Virus record (IMG/VR): IMGVR_UViG_3300045988_051605
Span: 1 to 46,631 of that record
From: a virus
Reading direction: 5' to 3' (one strand)
DNA length: 46,631 nucleotides
The position numbers were made by a program, and so were the translations under genes. Under the pieces are notes generated by a model that searched no databases, was not told the origin of the DNA, and saw only the letters and a program-made list of their open reading frames with translations. Positions within the stretch are counted from its first letter, which is position 1; each line of letters starts with the position of its first letter. Shown here piece after piece: positions 33,607 to 43,653 of the stretch.

Positions 33607-35022
33607 ATGGCATTCACCCCCCGTTCCTACCAGTCCCGAGTATTGGAAGGGCTAGCAAGCTCTAAGACTCCTTTCACGGGACTGGTAGGAGCCGGCCTCG
33701 GAACAGGCAAGACCGCTGTGTCGGTGTGGAACACCCTCAACGCCTTTGGGAGCGACATCGGGGATCAAATCATCCTTATTGTCGCTCCCGTCCGCACTGA
33801 GTCAGGATGGCGCAAGCACTGGAAAATGCTCGCAGGCCTCGACATGATCACCCTGTCGGGGAAGAAAACTAAGACAGCCCTGCAAGTATGGGACAACCTG
33901 GAAGCTCGCAAACCGGGTGTCTACTTTATTACCTGGGAGCTAATGCGCTCACGTAACAAGGAAAAGCGCTGGGACGGCAAGGCTAAGAAGATGGTCTACA
34001 AAGCCGTGAGCAAGCCATTCTACGGTGTTGAGTTCAGCATGCTCATTGCCGACGAATGGCACCGCGCGAGCAATCATTCTTCCCTGAACTTCGCTGTCGC
34101 ACGAAACATTCAAGCCAAATACCGGCTCGCCTTGAGTGCGACACCGGCAGGGAATAAGCCCTGCAACATCTGGGCAGCCCTCAAGTTCCTGTGGCCTAAC
34201 TGCTATGGCGGCTACTGGGACTTCTGTGCCAAGTTTTTCACGGAAGAGTTCAATGCCTTTAGCTCTTTCGGGAAGACTTATACGAGCGAGAAACACCCCG
34301 GCATGGTACGCCGTGGTGCGCCCTCGTACCATGAGGTGTCTCAGGCTGAGGCAAACCCGGAGCTACCCGGCGTGATTATTCACCGTGTCGAAGTGGAATT
34401 GTCTCGCACGCAACGCAAGATGTACAACGACCTGGAAGAAAAGGCGCTGACATTCCTGGGAGACAACCCACTTGCGTTGAGTATTCCCGTGGAGCTTGAC
34501 CTGAGGCTTCGACAGATGTCACTGGGAGAGCCATCATTTAACGAAGATGGGGCTGTTGATTACAAGGAAGACTGTAAGTCCTCAAAGCTAGACGCGATGA
34601 CGGACATCATTGCTGATCTTCCCGAGAATGAACCTGTCGTTGTGTGGGTACACTCCCAGAAGTTCATCAAGGCAGTGTTGCACCGTTTGCGCAAGACCGG
34701 TATCTCATGCATTGAGGTGTCTGGTAAGTCCCGTGGGGACTTCCACGCCATGATTGACGGGACAGTTCGTGTCATTGTCGCTCAGCATGAGGCTATGAGT
34801 GAGGGTGTCGATGGACTCCAAGACGTGTGTCATACGGAAATTTGGCTGAGCCAGTCGAACAGCTTGGTCATTAACGAACAGGCGACTGGACGCCTTAATC
34901 GACAGGGGCAAAAGACGGCTGTCAACCGCTTCCTGATTCAAGCTATCGACACGGTGGATGACCGTGTGCTAGGCCGCTTGCAGGAACGGTTTGACAGACT
35001 GAAGGCCAGCGGCCTAATCTAG
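33607..35022 (+). CDS. SNF2/DEAD-like superfamily 2 helicase, 471 aa
   Basis: GAGLGTGKT (motif I), LIADEWH (motif II), LSATP (motif III) and QATGRLNRQGQ (motif VI). Confidence 0.85.
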   Translation: MAFTPRSYQSRVLEGLASSKTPFTGLVGAGLGTGKTAVSVWNTLNAFGSDIGDQIILIVAPVRTESGWRKHWKMLAGLDMITLSGKKTKTALQVWDNLEARKPGVYFITWELMRSRNKEKRWDGKAKKMVYKAVSKPFYGVEFSMLIADEWHRASNHSSLNFAVARNIQAKYRLALSATPAGNKPCNIWAALKFLWPNCYGGYWDFCAKFFTEEFNAFSSFGKTYTSEKHPGMVRRGAPSYHEVSQAEANPELPGVIIHRVEVELSRTQRKMYNDLEEKALTFLGDNPLALSIPVELDLRLRQMSLGEPSFNEDGAVDYKEDCKSSKLDAMTDIIADLPENEPVVVWVHSQKFIKAVLHRLRKTGISCIEVSGKSRGDFHAMIDGTVRVIVAQHEAMSEGVDGLQDVCHTEIWLSQSNSLVINEQATGRLNRQGQKTAVNRFLIQAIDTVDDRVLGRLQERFDRLKASGLI

Positions 35023-35051
35023 GAAAGAAACAACAACGAAAGGAAACTACT

Positions 35052-35306
35052 ATGCATGACTACTACCACGATTGCACGAACGAATTAAAGGCCGGTTGGA
35101 ACGAACGCAAGCAGCGCTCGTTTATCCCGATCATATTCTGCATTGCTCTTACCGTGACGGGCCTCTGGTTCCCGTCATGGCACATGTACATCGTGATTGC
35201 TTGTGCCCTCTACCTTGCAGGGCTGGTAGCAATCTTCCTTACGATCCCGGTTCTGTTCGTCCTCGTTTGGGCGCTCACCCGCTTTATGATGAAGGGAGAA
35301 AACTGA
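35052..35306 (+). CDS. Small membrane protein with two TM segments, 84 aa
   Basis: RBS cgaaaggaaactact then ATG. Hydrophobic segments IPIIFCIALTVTGLWF and IVIACALYLAGLVAIFLTIPVLFVLVWAL. Confidence 0.7.
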   Translation: MHDYYHDCTNELKAGWNERKQRSFIPIIFCIALTVTGLWFPSWHMYIVIACALYLAGLVAIFLTIPVLFVLVWALTRFMMKGEN

Positions 35307-35692
35307 TGCAAATCATTGAAGTAAACCACAAGACGGTTGGTAACATTCTGAAGAAGAGCGTGGAAAAATCCTGGATGGGTGACAACCTGGACGCTTGGTT
35401 CCAGTTCACGGACGGGAGTGCTGTGTGCATTCATGTTATCGAAACCTACTGGGACGCGTACGTTGCTGTTAATAATCTTGACAAAAGTAGCCCCGTGGCT
35501 TTTTACGATGAACAAGGCGTCTCGGGTTACGAGTACGCAAAAGGTAAGCAACATACGTACACAGCCCGAACACTGTCAATTAACTTTGATATGGCAAAGT
35601 ACTATTATCACCGTAACTTCGCTTATGCAACCAGGCAGTATATTCCTGTGGCTGAATTTCACTATTACGAAAAGGGGGAGACATGGCAGTAA
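35306..35692 (+). CDS. Hypothetical protein, 128 aa
   Basis: Start MQIIEVNH; TGATG overlap at 35304..35308. Confidence 0.6.
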   Translation: MQIIEVNHKTVGNILKKSVEKSWMGDNLDAWFQFTDGSAVCIHVIETYWDAYVAVNNLDKSSPVAFYDEQGVSGYEYAKGKQHTYTARTLSINFDMAKYYYHRNFAYATRQYIPVAEFHYYEKGETWQ

Positions 35693-36363
35693 GCATCAGG
35701 GAAATCTATGGCCCCATCCTTGGCTACGGTTGGGAGAATCTACCTACCGATTATGCCAAGCGAAGATATCTTCCTATCGAAGATGGCATTGTCACCACCC
35801 CGAGTGGGGTTAAGCTTGGAACAGCTTGTCTCACGAATGGAGACCTGCGATTGATCAACACCAGCGGCACAGTATGTGCACAGTGGTGGACAGGCGACAG
35901 CGAGATGGCTGTCGTTGATCCTTTCAACAACCAGGTCTTCACCGTGCCAACACATACTGACCTGAAGTGCAACGCACGCGAGCTGGTGTCGAAGAATATT
36001 GACCTCGACGCCGCAAAGCCCCTTGATCTGTCACTCATGTGGGTGGACCATGACCGAAACGAGGTAGGGTTCTACAGGGATGACTTCCCTGAGAACATCA
36101 GCCCCTACACGGCACGGCTGAGTGGAATGAGTCTGCTTGCGCTTAAGGAGGATGAAGACGGCAACATGGTCGTTCTGAGGACTTCCGCACTCGCAAGGCT
36201 CATGCGTTATGTGAGTGGAAACACTCTTGCGTTCCTTGATTACAAGGGGTCACGAGTCCCGAAGATCATTGACCCTCGTCTGGGAGTCACCGACTTCGGA
36301 TACAAGGTTCTCGGATGGGCAGCTACTATGTCACCGGAGCATAAGGAGATTCTTTCCAAGTGA
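35683..36363 (+). CDS. Hypothetical protein, 226 aa
   Basis: ORF track; 10-nt overlap with the upstream gene. Confidence 0.65.
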   Translation: MAVSIREIYGPILGYGWENLPTDYAKRRYLPIEDGIVTTPSGVKLGTACLTNGDLRLINTSGTVCAQWWTGDSEMAVVDPFNNQVFTVPTHTDLKCNARELVSKNIDLDAAKPLDLSLMWVDHDRNEVGFYRDDFPENISPYTARLSGMSLLALKEDEDGNMVVLRTSALARLMRYVSGNTLAFLDYKGSRVPKIIDPRLGVTDFGYKVLGWAATMSPEHKEILSK

Positions 36364-36767
36364 GAGAGTACATCCAAGCAGCACGGGACGAGGCTAAGAA
36401 GTCCCGCTGCGACCGTGCGCATGTCGGGTGTGTGATCGTTGACCGTGCGACAGGGCGGGTGGTGTCGAAGGGATTCAATGAGACACCTCCCGGCCTTGAG
36501 CCGTGCGACACGGGCGGGCACAGAATGGTGGACGGCCACTGCGTCAACACTGTGCACGCGGAACGGGGTGCCATCCGCAAGATGACTAAGCACGATAGTG
36601 AGTACACGATGTATGTCACCCACTACCCTTGCCGAGGATGCGCGCACCTCATCTCATCCTGCCCTGAAATCGTGGAAGTTGTGTACCTCGGCGACTATAA
36701 CAACTCTAGTGAGGCAACTGCTCTCCTCATGTGCCTGTCGAAGGGGGTCCATCATGTCGAAGGATAA
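36360..36767 (+). CDS. dCMP/cytidine deaminase-family zinc enzyme, 135 aa (GTG start)
   Basis: VHAERGAI (HAE) and YPCRGCAHL (PCxxC) zinc motifs. GTGA overlap with the upstream stop. Confidence 0.85.
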   Translation: MREYIQAARDEAKKSRCDRAHVGCVIVDRATGRVVSKGFNETPPGLEPCDTGGHRMVDGHCVNTVHAERGAIRKMTKHDSEYTMYVTHYPCRGCAHLISSCPEIVEVVYLGDYNNSSEATALLMCLSKGVHHVEG

Positions 36768-37041
36768 GCTGGTTATCCAGGTTCCACCTGGGTTCATGTT
36801 TACCTCTGTCGAACAAGGCAAAATCCATAAGACAAAGTGGGAGGTTAAGACTGCCTCGGATCAGATCGTGCGCCACACTTCGTGTGTCCCGTTGTTTGGG
36901 ACACGGGAGCTGTGGAAGGTTGTCGAGGAAGGCGACTTTCTGGTTTTCATTAAATCGCCTCTAGATGACCTGCATCAATTTGCATGGAATCTATACGTCA
37001 TGAAGGAAGAGCAGTACAAGGAATGGGCATCTCATGAGTGA
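36754..37041 (+). CDS. Hypothetical protein, 95 aa
   Basis: Start MSKDKLVI at 36754, overlapping the deaminase 3' end by 14 nt. Confidence 0.55.
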   Translation: MSKDKLVIQVPPGFMFTSVEQGKIHKTKWEVKTASDQIVRHTSCVPLFGTRELWKVVEEGDFLVFIKSPLDDLHQFAWNLYVMKEEQYKEWASHE

Positions 37042-37738
37042 CATCTACGATTCTCTTATCCGGGAACTGTCGAAGCCCTCGCCGCGTGACAGGCAACGTA
37101 AGGTAGGGCCGTCTGAGTTGGGAGACCTCTGCGAGCGTTGTCTTGCAGAGAAGCTGCTTGGCATCCACGAGGACGAGAACAACCATCCCCTCGCGCCGAT
37201 GATTGGCACGGCCTTCCACCTCTACCTAGAGAATGTCATTGGCCTCAAGGGGTACCTCAAGGAGACTAAGGTAACTGTCGGCACCATCGACAGGTACGGA
37301 GACATCTCTGGTACCTGTGATGGCTTCGACGTGGCAACAGGGCATATCGTTGACTACAAAGTGTTGTCGAAGAAGAAGATCAAGGCCTTCTCGTCAGCAA
37401 CCTTCTTCAATGAACATCGAGAGCCAGAGTTCTACTCGGACTCTCGCACTAAGCTTCAGCTCAAGAAGTACTTCTATCAAATGATGCTGTACGGTTTGGG
37501 CATGGAGAACGCTGGTTACGAGGTGAACTACTGCTCACTTGTCCTCTTCCCGAGGGATTGTACCATCGAGAGTGTCATGCAAGCCAGTCATGAGCTATGC
37601 TTTAAGTACGACAGGGCAGCAGCTCTTGCTGTCCTCGAACGAGCCAACCAAATCTTCCAGTGGGCCGATGAAAATCGGGACCATATTGGAGAACTCGACA
37701 GCCATCCCGGCTGTTACTACTGTGCTTTTAAGCGGTAG
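37034..37738 (+). CDS. PD-(D/E)xK nuclease of the Cas4/RecB-exonuclease type, 234 aa
   Basis: GTCDGFD...IVDYK catalytic pattern. Cys pairs CERC (N-terminal) and CYYC (C-terminal) are compatible with an Fe-S cluster. Confidence 0.65.
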   Translation: MSDIYDSLIRELSKPSPRDRQRKVGPSELGDLCERCLAEKLLGIHEDENNHPLAPMIGTAFHLYLENVIGLKGYLKETKVTVGTIDRYGDISGTCDGFDVATGHIVDYKVLSKKKIKAFSSATFFNEHREPEFYSDSRTKLQLKKYFYQMMLYGLGMENAGYEVNYCSLVLFPRDCTIESVMQASHELCFKYDRAAALAVLERANQIFQWADENRDHIGELDSHPGCYYCAFKR

Positions 37739-37755
37739 AGAAGAAAGGAGAACAC

Positions 37756-38538
37756 ATGGGAAAGTTTGATAGCTTCCTCAAGAATCTTAACATCGAAGTG
37801 TCTGACCCTCGTGTCACCACCCCTAAGATCAAGATGTTGATCTATGGTATGTCCGGAACGGGAAAGACCTCACTCGCAGTCTCTGCCTCTAAGGTTGAAG
37901 AGTTAGGTCCGGTCCTATATATCGACCTTGAACGTGGCACTGCCCCCGCTGCTAAGTACGGCGACTTGGACAATATGCTCGTTGTCCAGCCCGCCTCCTA
38001 CCAGCAATTCGCGGAACTGCTGGTTAAGATCAGCAAGAATCAGGGCATGGAGTTCAAGACTATTGTCATCGATACCATTGACCGCTTGCAGGAACTCATC
38101 AAGTTCCACTTTAAGAGCATAAATCCCAAAGACAGTTTTGCCATGTGGGATGCTACGTATGAGAAGATTATTGATCTTGTCAACAAGATCAGCTTTGACC
38201 TCGGACTGAACATCATTTGCATCACGCATGAAGCACGTGAAGTGAATGACATCTCCCGCCTGTCACTGATCGGCCCGTCGTTTGAGGGCAAGCAAAGCCT
38301 AAAGAAGCTGCCGGGCATCTTCGACATCATCGGTCGTACGACGTGGGAGGATATTGGGGATGACGACAACGAAGAGCTGGTTACAGTTCTGACTGTCCGG
38401 TCTTCGTCTGAAGTGCTGGCAAAGACACGATTCGATCCGATGCCATCCATGTCTGGAAACACGACAATGGGGAAGATCATGGGTTGGGTCCATGAACATT
38501 GCGGAACCCAAGGAGTAAAGGAGAAGGATGACGACTGA
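37756..38538 (+). CDS. RecA-like AAA ATPase (AAA_24/Sak4-like), 260 aa
   Basis: Walker A GMSGTGKTS and Walker B-like TIVIDTID. RBS gaaaggagaacac then ATG. Confidence 0.7.
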   Translation: MGKFDSFLKNLNIEVSDPRVTTPKIKMLIYGMSGTGKTSLAVSASKVEELGPVLYIDLERGTAPAAKYGDLDNMLVVQPASYQQFAELLVKISKNQGMEFKTIVIDTIDRLQELIKFHFKSINPKDSFAMWDATYEKIIDLVNKISFDLGLNIICITHEAREVNDISRLSLIGPSFEGKQSLKKLPGIFDIIGRTTWEDIGDDDNEELVTVLTVRSSSEVLAKTRFDPMPSMSGNTTMGKIMGWVHEHCGTQGVKEKDDD

Positions 38539-38737
38539 GTACCTGTCGATCACTCACGTGATTGAAATAACAGGTATCAACCGTACGACGATCCTGTACC
38601 GCATACGAGAAAACTCCAAAGGTTTCCCACAGCCGGATGCTATCATTCGACACGACAAGCTAGTCACCTACGGGTGGCTGCCTGAGACCATCAACAACTA
38701 CATCATCACCAACAAGAAGGAGAACAACAATGATTGA
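38528..38737 (+). CDS. Small HTH DNA-binding protein (excisionase/MerR-like HTH_17 style), 69 aa
   Basis: YLSITHVIEITGINRTTILYRIRE helix-turn-helix pattern. Confidence 0.5.
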   Translation: MTTEYLSITHVIEITGINRTTILYRIRENSKGFPQPDAIIRHDKLVTYGWLPETINNYIITNKKENNND

Positions 38738-39203
38738 TTTCGATGCACTGATGAGCCTGGACGTTGCCGAGTCCATGTCTTTCAAGCCCCTGCCCAAGGG
38801 CCTGTACAAGGTGACCGTTGATGCCTGTGAACTGGGAGAATCCAAGAAGGGCAAGCCCATGTACACGGTTGACTTCACAGTTCCTACCACCGACGACAAG
38901 GGTAACCCCACTGTGCGCATGCTTCGTTACTGGCTGGTCATGACCACTAAGAATGGTCTGCACTGGGACCTCCCTAAGTTCTGCACTGCGTCAGGTAATC
39001 CTTGGCCTACCGAGCGCACGGAACGCACCACCGACTACTACTACCAGGTTGCGCTCGACATTGTTGGCAAGACGGCGACGATCACCGTTGATGTCGAGGA
39101 GTCCGAGTACAATGGTGAGACCCGCAAGCGCAACAACATCAAGAAGGTCGAATGGGACGATGTGAAGGCGAAGAAGTCTAAGGCTTCCAAGATCGAACTC
39201 TGA
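38730..39203 (+). CDS. DUF669-like putative ssDNA-binding protein, 157 aa
   Basis: Position immediately after the AAA_24-type ATPase, which is the common AAA_24 + DUF669 pairing. RBS aaggagaacaaca then ATG. Confidence 0.45.
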   Translation: MIDFDALMSLDVAESMSFKPLPKGLYKVTVDACELGESKKGKPMYTVDFTVPTTDDKGNPTVRMLRYWLVMTTKNGLHWDLPKFCTASGNPWPTERTERTTDYYYQVALDIVGKTATITVDVEESEYNGETRKRNNIKKVEWDDVKAKKSKASKIEL

Positions 39204-39219
39204 CCGTCAACTAACTAGG

Positions 39220-39252
39220 CGGGGCTGCACTTCGACAAGAGGTGCAGCCCCG
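39220..39252 (+). terminator. Stem-loop upstream of the primase-helicase gene
   Basis: 11-bp stem cggggctgcac / gtgcagccccg with an 11-nt loop. Confidence 0.5.
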
Positions 39253-39283
39253 TCTTACAATAGGCAGATACGAAAGGAGAGGC

Positions 39284-41599
39284 ATGAACCTCACAGAGTT
39301 TTTCCGAGCAGTCTTCCCAGACGACGAAGGCTGGACACCTATTATTCTCAAGGGTCCGATGGGAGGCCTCACAAACTTCCACTGGTTCAACCTGCCTGCA
39401 CAACTCGACAAGATGGTGGCTTACACCAAGGCACACGCTGACCTTGATGTGTATTACTCGCCTTTCCTGTACACGAAGCCCCCGGCCCTGTCGAACACCC
39501 GCCACGCGGCCAAGGATAATGTCATCCGCGCTGCGTGCGTGTGGTCAGATGGTGATGACTGCCCTGTCGACAAGCTGAGGATTCAGCCTTCCATCCTGGT
39601 TCAGACCAGTGAGAAGCACTGGCAGGGATACTGGCTGCTCGACGACGCCGGGGACTTGTCGAACGACATGCTGGAAGCCCTCTCGCGAGCGCTCTATGAG
39701 GATCACCGCAATGACGGCATGGATCGCGGCTGGCCCCTGTCGAAGAAGCTTAGAGTCCCGTTCACGCACAACTGCAAGCGAGTGGACCCGTGGGAAATCA
39801 CACTCGCCACCAGCGATGAGAAGATCACTGCTGCTGAGTTCGCAGCCGAGTATCCCCCTGTCGAGCGAATGGGTATCGAGGAAGAAGACTTCCCCACTGA
39901 TATCCCCACCATGTACGAAGTCCTCGGCATGGTCAACCGCTCGTACATTACAGACCTGGCTACAGATGACACGTTCATTGACGAGGAAGACCGCTCCTCG
40001 AAAATGTACCACCTCGAATGTACACTCTGGGAGGAAGGCTGCTCGATTGTCGAAGCCTTCGCTGTCGTGCGCGGGACGGAATTCAACAAGTTCGCTATGG
40101 ACGGGCGCGGCGACGGCTACCTGTGGAAGCAGATCAACCGGGATCATGCCCGATGGAAGGCACAGCACAACGGGCCATCTGAGAAGGAGCTGGAAGCTGC
40201 TACCAAGGTCGGCTCCTCGTATCTTCTCAGTGAAGCACGGGAGCTAACCCTCCAGAATGTGAACTTCCTGCATGAGAACGAGCAGGAACCTATGGGTCTC
40301 TTCGTCGATCAGTTCGCCGTGTGGGCTGCAACGAAGTCAGCAATGGCACCCAAGCAATTCCACTACGCGGGCGCTCTCGCCGTCCTCTCCTCAGTGTTCG
40401 CGAAGTATGCTTTCCTGCCCATCAACGTCCAGCGAATGCCATTGAACCTATACTTCCTGGTACTGGGACGCACCACCCAGTCCCGCAAGTCAACATCACT
40501 GCGCCTCGCAGAAGGCATTATGCGGGACGTTGCTGTAGGTGTTGGTAAGGGAACAGACTCCTACATTGCACCTGAAGATTCGACAGGCGAGGCACTGTCG
40601 GCATACCTTCGCACCAAGCCGAAGGAGTCTGGCCTGTACGCAATCGACGAGGTGCAAGACTTCTTCGCACATGCGGCACAAAAGAGCAGCTATATGTCCT
40701 CTATGATGCCCTTCCTTACCAAGAGCTACGATGGATATATCCCTGCTGTCGCACGTAAGGACAAGGGCGGTAAGGTCGCCTACCAGACGGCGACACCGTA
40801 CTACATGACGTTCTACGGGACAGGTATTCTTGATCAGTCTGCGAAGCACCTGACGAAAGAACGAGTTGAGTCTGGCTTTACGCCGCGCTGCCTTGTTGTT
40901 GTCGATGAACGGGACCACTACATCACGTCTTCACAGGATGTGAAGCTGGTTGCTGTTAATCCTTCGACAGGTAAGATTGCCGACAAGCAGCGTGACTTCA
41001 TGTTGTCGAACCTCATCAAGGCAACGACTAAGTTCGACACACACTTCAGCGCACGCCAGTCCAGGTCCCTAGCACACGAGGAAGTCCGTGTCCCTGTCGA
41101 GTTTGAGCCGGGCGTGTTTGAGCGGTGGATCGAGTTCTCTGAGGAAGCCAAGGTGATGGCTGCACAACATGTCCTAAGTAGCCGTGAGCTGTTCCCTGGC
41201 ACCGAGCGTATGACGTTCTCTGTCTTGCGTATCGCTGCCCTGCTTGCCATGTACAATGGCCCTAATGCTCATGGTGGTGTCGTTGTCAAGATGCGACACA
41301 TGCTCAAGGCCATTGCCTTAGCTCCTATCTGGATGGCGTCGAACGAGGTGTTTATTCACCACGTCAAGAACTCCAACTTCAGCAACAAGGTGGATAAGTT
41401 CATCAGCTTCATTGCTCGCTCGGAGAATGGGCTTGTGCCGATCCCGAAGATTCTTCTGAAGTTCCAGTCGGAAATCAACGGAATGAAGGAGCTGAAAGAA
41501 ATCATCACATATGCTCAGGCGCGCGGTGTCGTCCAGGAAGTTATTCAAGGGAAAAAGAATAGTGATCGTTTCATCAAATACATAGGAGGCCAGGTATGA
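39284..41599 (+). CDS. Bifunctional primase-polymerase / helicase-like replication protein, 771 aa
   Basis: Start MNLTEFF with RBS cgaaaggagaggc then ATG. The N-terminal prim-pol-like region has an acidic WSDGDD motif. The central ATPase region has GRTTQSRKS and LYAIDEVQDF. Confidence 0.6.
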   Translation: MNLTEFFRAVFPDDEGWTPIILKGPMGGLTNFHWFNLPAQLDKMVAYTKAHADLDVYYSPFLYTKPPALSNTRHAAKDNVIRAACVWSDGDDCPVDKLRIQPSILVQTSEKHWQGYWLLDDAGDLSNDMLEALSRALYEDHRNDGMDRGWPLSKKLRVPFTHNCKRVDPWEITLATSDEKITAAEFAAEYPPVERMGIEEEDFPTDIPTMYEVLGMVNRSYITDLATDDTFIDEEDRSSKMYHLECTLWEEGCSIVEAFAVVRGTEFNKFAMDGRGDGYLWKQINRDHARWKAQHNGPSEKELEAATKVGSSYLLSEARELTLQNVNFLHENEQEPMGLFVDQFAVWAATKSAMAPKQFHYAGALAVLSSVFAKYAFLPINVQRMPLNLYFLVLGRTTQSRKSTSLRLAEGIMRDVAVGVGKGTDSYIAPEDSTGEALSAYLRTKPKESGLYAIDEVQDFFAHAAQKSSYMSSMMPFLTKSYDGYIPAVARKDKGGKVAYQTATPYYMTFYGTGILDQSAKHLTKERVESGFTPRCLVVVDERDHYITSSQDVKLVAVNPSTGKIADKQRDFMLSNLIKATTKFDTHFSARQSRSLAHEEVRVPVEFEPGVFERWIEFSEEAKVMAAQHVLSSRELFPGTERMTFSVLRIAALLAMYNGPNAHGGVVVKMRHMLKAIALAPIWMASNEVFIHHVKNSNFSNKVDKFISFIARSENGLVPIPKILLKFQSEINGMKELKEIITYAQARGVVQEVIQGKKNSDRFIKYIGGQV

Positions 41600-43653
41600 A
41601 GATTCTGACTAACAGCGTAGACAAGCTGCCTATGCTTGTCACAGTTCTGCTAAAGAGGGCTAGGGGCGTCTCAGGCCTTCCTGCTGGCGCACCTATCGAA
41701 GTCGTTGATGACCCACAGGCCGAAGACATCAGGGTCACACTCGGCACTGTGAAGGGCTATAAGGGCGACGCGTACAAGACGCTCTCGCCTAAGCAGATCG
41801 TCAGCAACCCGCAAGCGATCCTGTTCCTTGCTCAGGCGCTTCAGTATGGTTACCTTGGGCCTGTTGATCCTGGCCTGGAACTCGGTAAGGATTGGGTGAT
41901 CTGGGAGGGGCAGCACATCTCCTTCAAGAAGGGGAGCGTCATTGCCCTCGACATCGAGTCCTCCGGTGACATCGACAACGACACGTTCGCGGCTGGTCGC
42001 ATCCTGTCGATTGCCTTGTGGAATGGCAAGTTCGGTGTGGTGATCCCCGAGGAGCTTGCCGAGACTCCCGAGTCTGCTGAGCTGATTGAGCGCCTGTGCC
42101 GAGACTGCATTGTCGTCTGCCATAATGGCACGTTCGACATGCCGTACCTGTCGAAGCGGCTTGGCATCAATGTGTACCACCATGAGGACACGCTGCTGAT
42201 GCACTTCGTGCTCGACAACCTAGCAGGTGAGCATGGCTTGAAGCCTCTGGCTCGTCGCTGGTTGCGTGCTGCTGACTGGGATTCTGATGCAAAGTCGTAC
42301 CTAAAGCGTGGAGCATACTTTGAGAACATACCCAGGGAAAAGCTCTATGAGTACAACCTGATGGACACCGTATACACATACAAGCTGTATGAGTATTTCC
42401 TGCCATTACTGAAGAGCAGCGGGAAGTACAAGTACTACCATTACCGTATGCAGGTCACGAAGGTTTTGATCGACGTGCAGTTGAATGGTGTGGCTGTGTC
42501 GCTTGGTGCTCTTGATGAGCTGGAAGAGAAGTATAAGCGTCAGTGTGACGAGTACCTGGCAGTGTTGCATAGTATTGCGGGTGGGGAGTTTAATCCTCAG
42601 TCGCCTAAGCAGATCAAGGATTACTTCAACTCCAGGGGTGTGTCGTCTCCGTCGTTCGATTCGGATCACCTGAAGAAGCTGCGACGCGAAGGCAAGGAGA
42701 CAGGGTTCATCGACGCTCTGCTTGCTTACCGTTATGCGGCTAAGGTGATTGGTTCGTACATTACGAACGTACGCCGTAAGGTCGGTAAAGATGGTCGTAT
42801 TCATCCGTACTACCTGCCCCACGGGGCAAAAACTGGCCGCCTGTCGGCTAAGGGGCCAGCGATTCAGACGATGGGACGCGATAGTGGTATTAAGCGTGCT
42901 CTTGTCGCTGCTCCTGGTTGCAAGATCATCTCTTGTGACTATTCTCAGGCAGAGCTTCGTACTGTCGCTGAGATCGCAAGTGATGAGGCTATGATTGCCG
43001 CGTTTCAGCCGGGTGCACCTGACTTCTTCGATGACTTGATGACGAAGATTTGGCCTGACGAGTTCCCTAATATTGAAGCGTACGAGGAGTTTAAACATGA
43101 ACATCCAAAGACTGCTAAGAACCGACGCGCACTAGTCAAGAGCGTAGTGTACGGCCTTGGGTACGGACGAGGTGTTAAAGCAATCGCAACAGCACTAGAA
43201 CAACCCATCGACAACGCACAGCACGTCGTCGATCAGTACCTGGGAGCATACCCAGGCCTACGCGACTGGCAGACACGAGTTCGACACAGCGTAGGCAGGA
43301 AAGAAGAAGACGATGAGCGCCGCACGAAGTTCGGCATGACATACAACCCACTCTTCATTGCCGACGCCAACTACGCCTCGACACAGAACGAAGCATTGGC
43401 CTTCGTGCCACAATCGACAGCCAATGATATCTGCCTTCACGCGGCTGTCGAAGTGAACAAAAAGGTAGGCCAGTACGGGGCAAAGATTGTTGGCCTCGTC
43501 CACGATGCTATCTACGTCGAATGTCCTGAAGAAAACATCAAAGAATGCGGGACCGTGATGGAACGCGAGATGTCCAAGGCAGCGACACTCGTCTTCAACC
43601 GCGTGCCCTTCGTGGCAGAAGCAGAGGTCGGCAGTAATTGGGAGGAAGTATGA
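41596..43653 (+). CDS. polA: Family A DNA polymerase with 3'-5' exonuclease domain, 685 aa
   Basis: IALDIESSGD (Exo I), DYSQAELR (motif A), KSVVYGLGYG (motif B) and VHDAIYVE (motif C). Confidence 0.9.
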   Translation: MKILTNSVDKLPMLVTVLLKRARGVSGLPAGAPIEVVDDPQAEDIRVTLGTVKGYKGDAYKTLSPKQIVSNPQAILFLAQALQYGYLGPVDPGLELGKDWVIWEGQHISFKKGSVIALDIESSGDIDNDTFAAGRILSIALWNGKFGVVIPEELAETPESAELIERLCRDCIVVCHNGTFDMPYLSKRLGINVYHHEDTLLMHFVLDNLAGEHGLKPLARRWLRAADWDSDAKSYLKRGAYFENIPREKLYEYNLMDTVYTYKLYEYFLPLLKSSGKYKYYHYRMQVTKVLIDVQLNGVAVSLGALDELEEKYKRQCDEYLAVLHSIAGGEFNPQSPKQIKDYFNSRGVSSPSFDSDHLKKLRREGKETGFIDALLAYRYAAKVIGSYITNVRRKVGKDGRIHPYYLPHGAKTGRLSAKGPAIQTMGRDSGIKRALVAAPGCKIISCDYSQAELRTVAEIASDEAMIAAFQPGAPDFFDDLMTKIWPDEFPNIEAYEEFKHEHPKTAKNRRALVKSVVYGLGYGRGVKAIATALEQPIDNAQHVVDQYLGAYPGLRDWQTRVRHSVGRKEEDDERRTKFGMTYNPLFIADANYASTQNEALAFVPQSTANDICLHAAVEVNKKVGQYGAKIVGLVHDAIYVECPEENIKECGTVMEREMSKAATLVFNRVPFVAEAEVGSNWEEV

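Noticed and set aside
39545-40247. ORFs of 128-212 aa on both strands inside the primase-helicase gene
   Set aside because: They are nested or antisense frames with low-complexity Arg/Ser-rich translations, whereas the 771-aa frame has an RBS and ATPase motifs.
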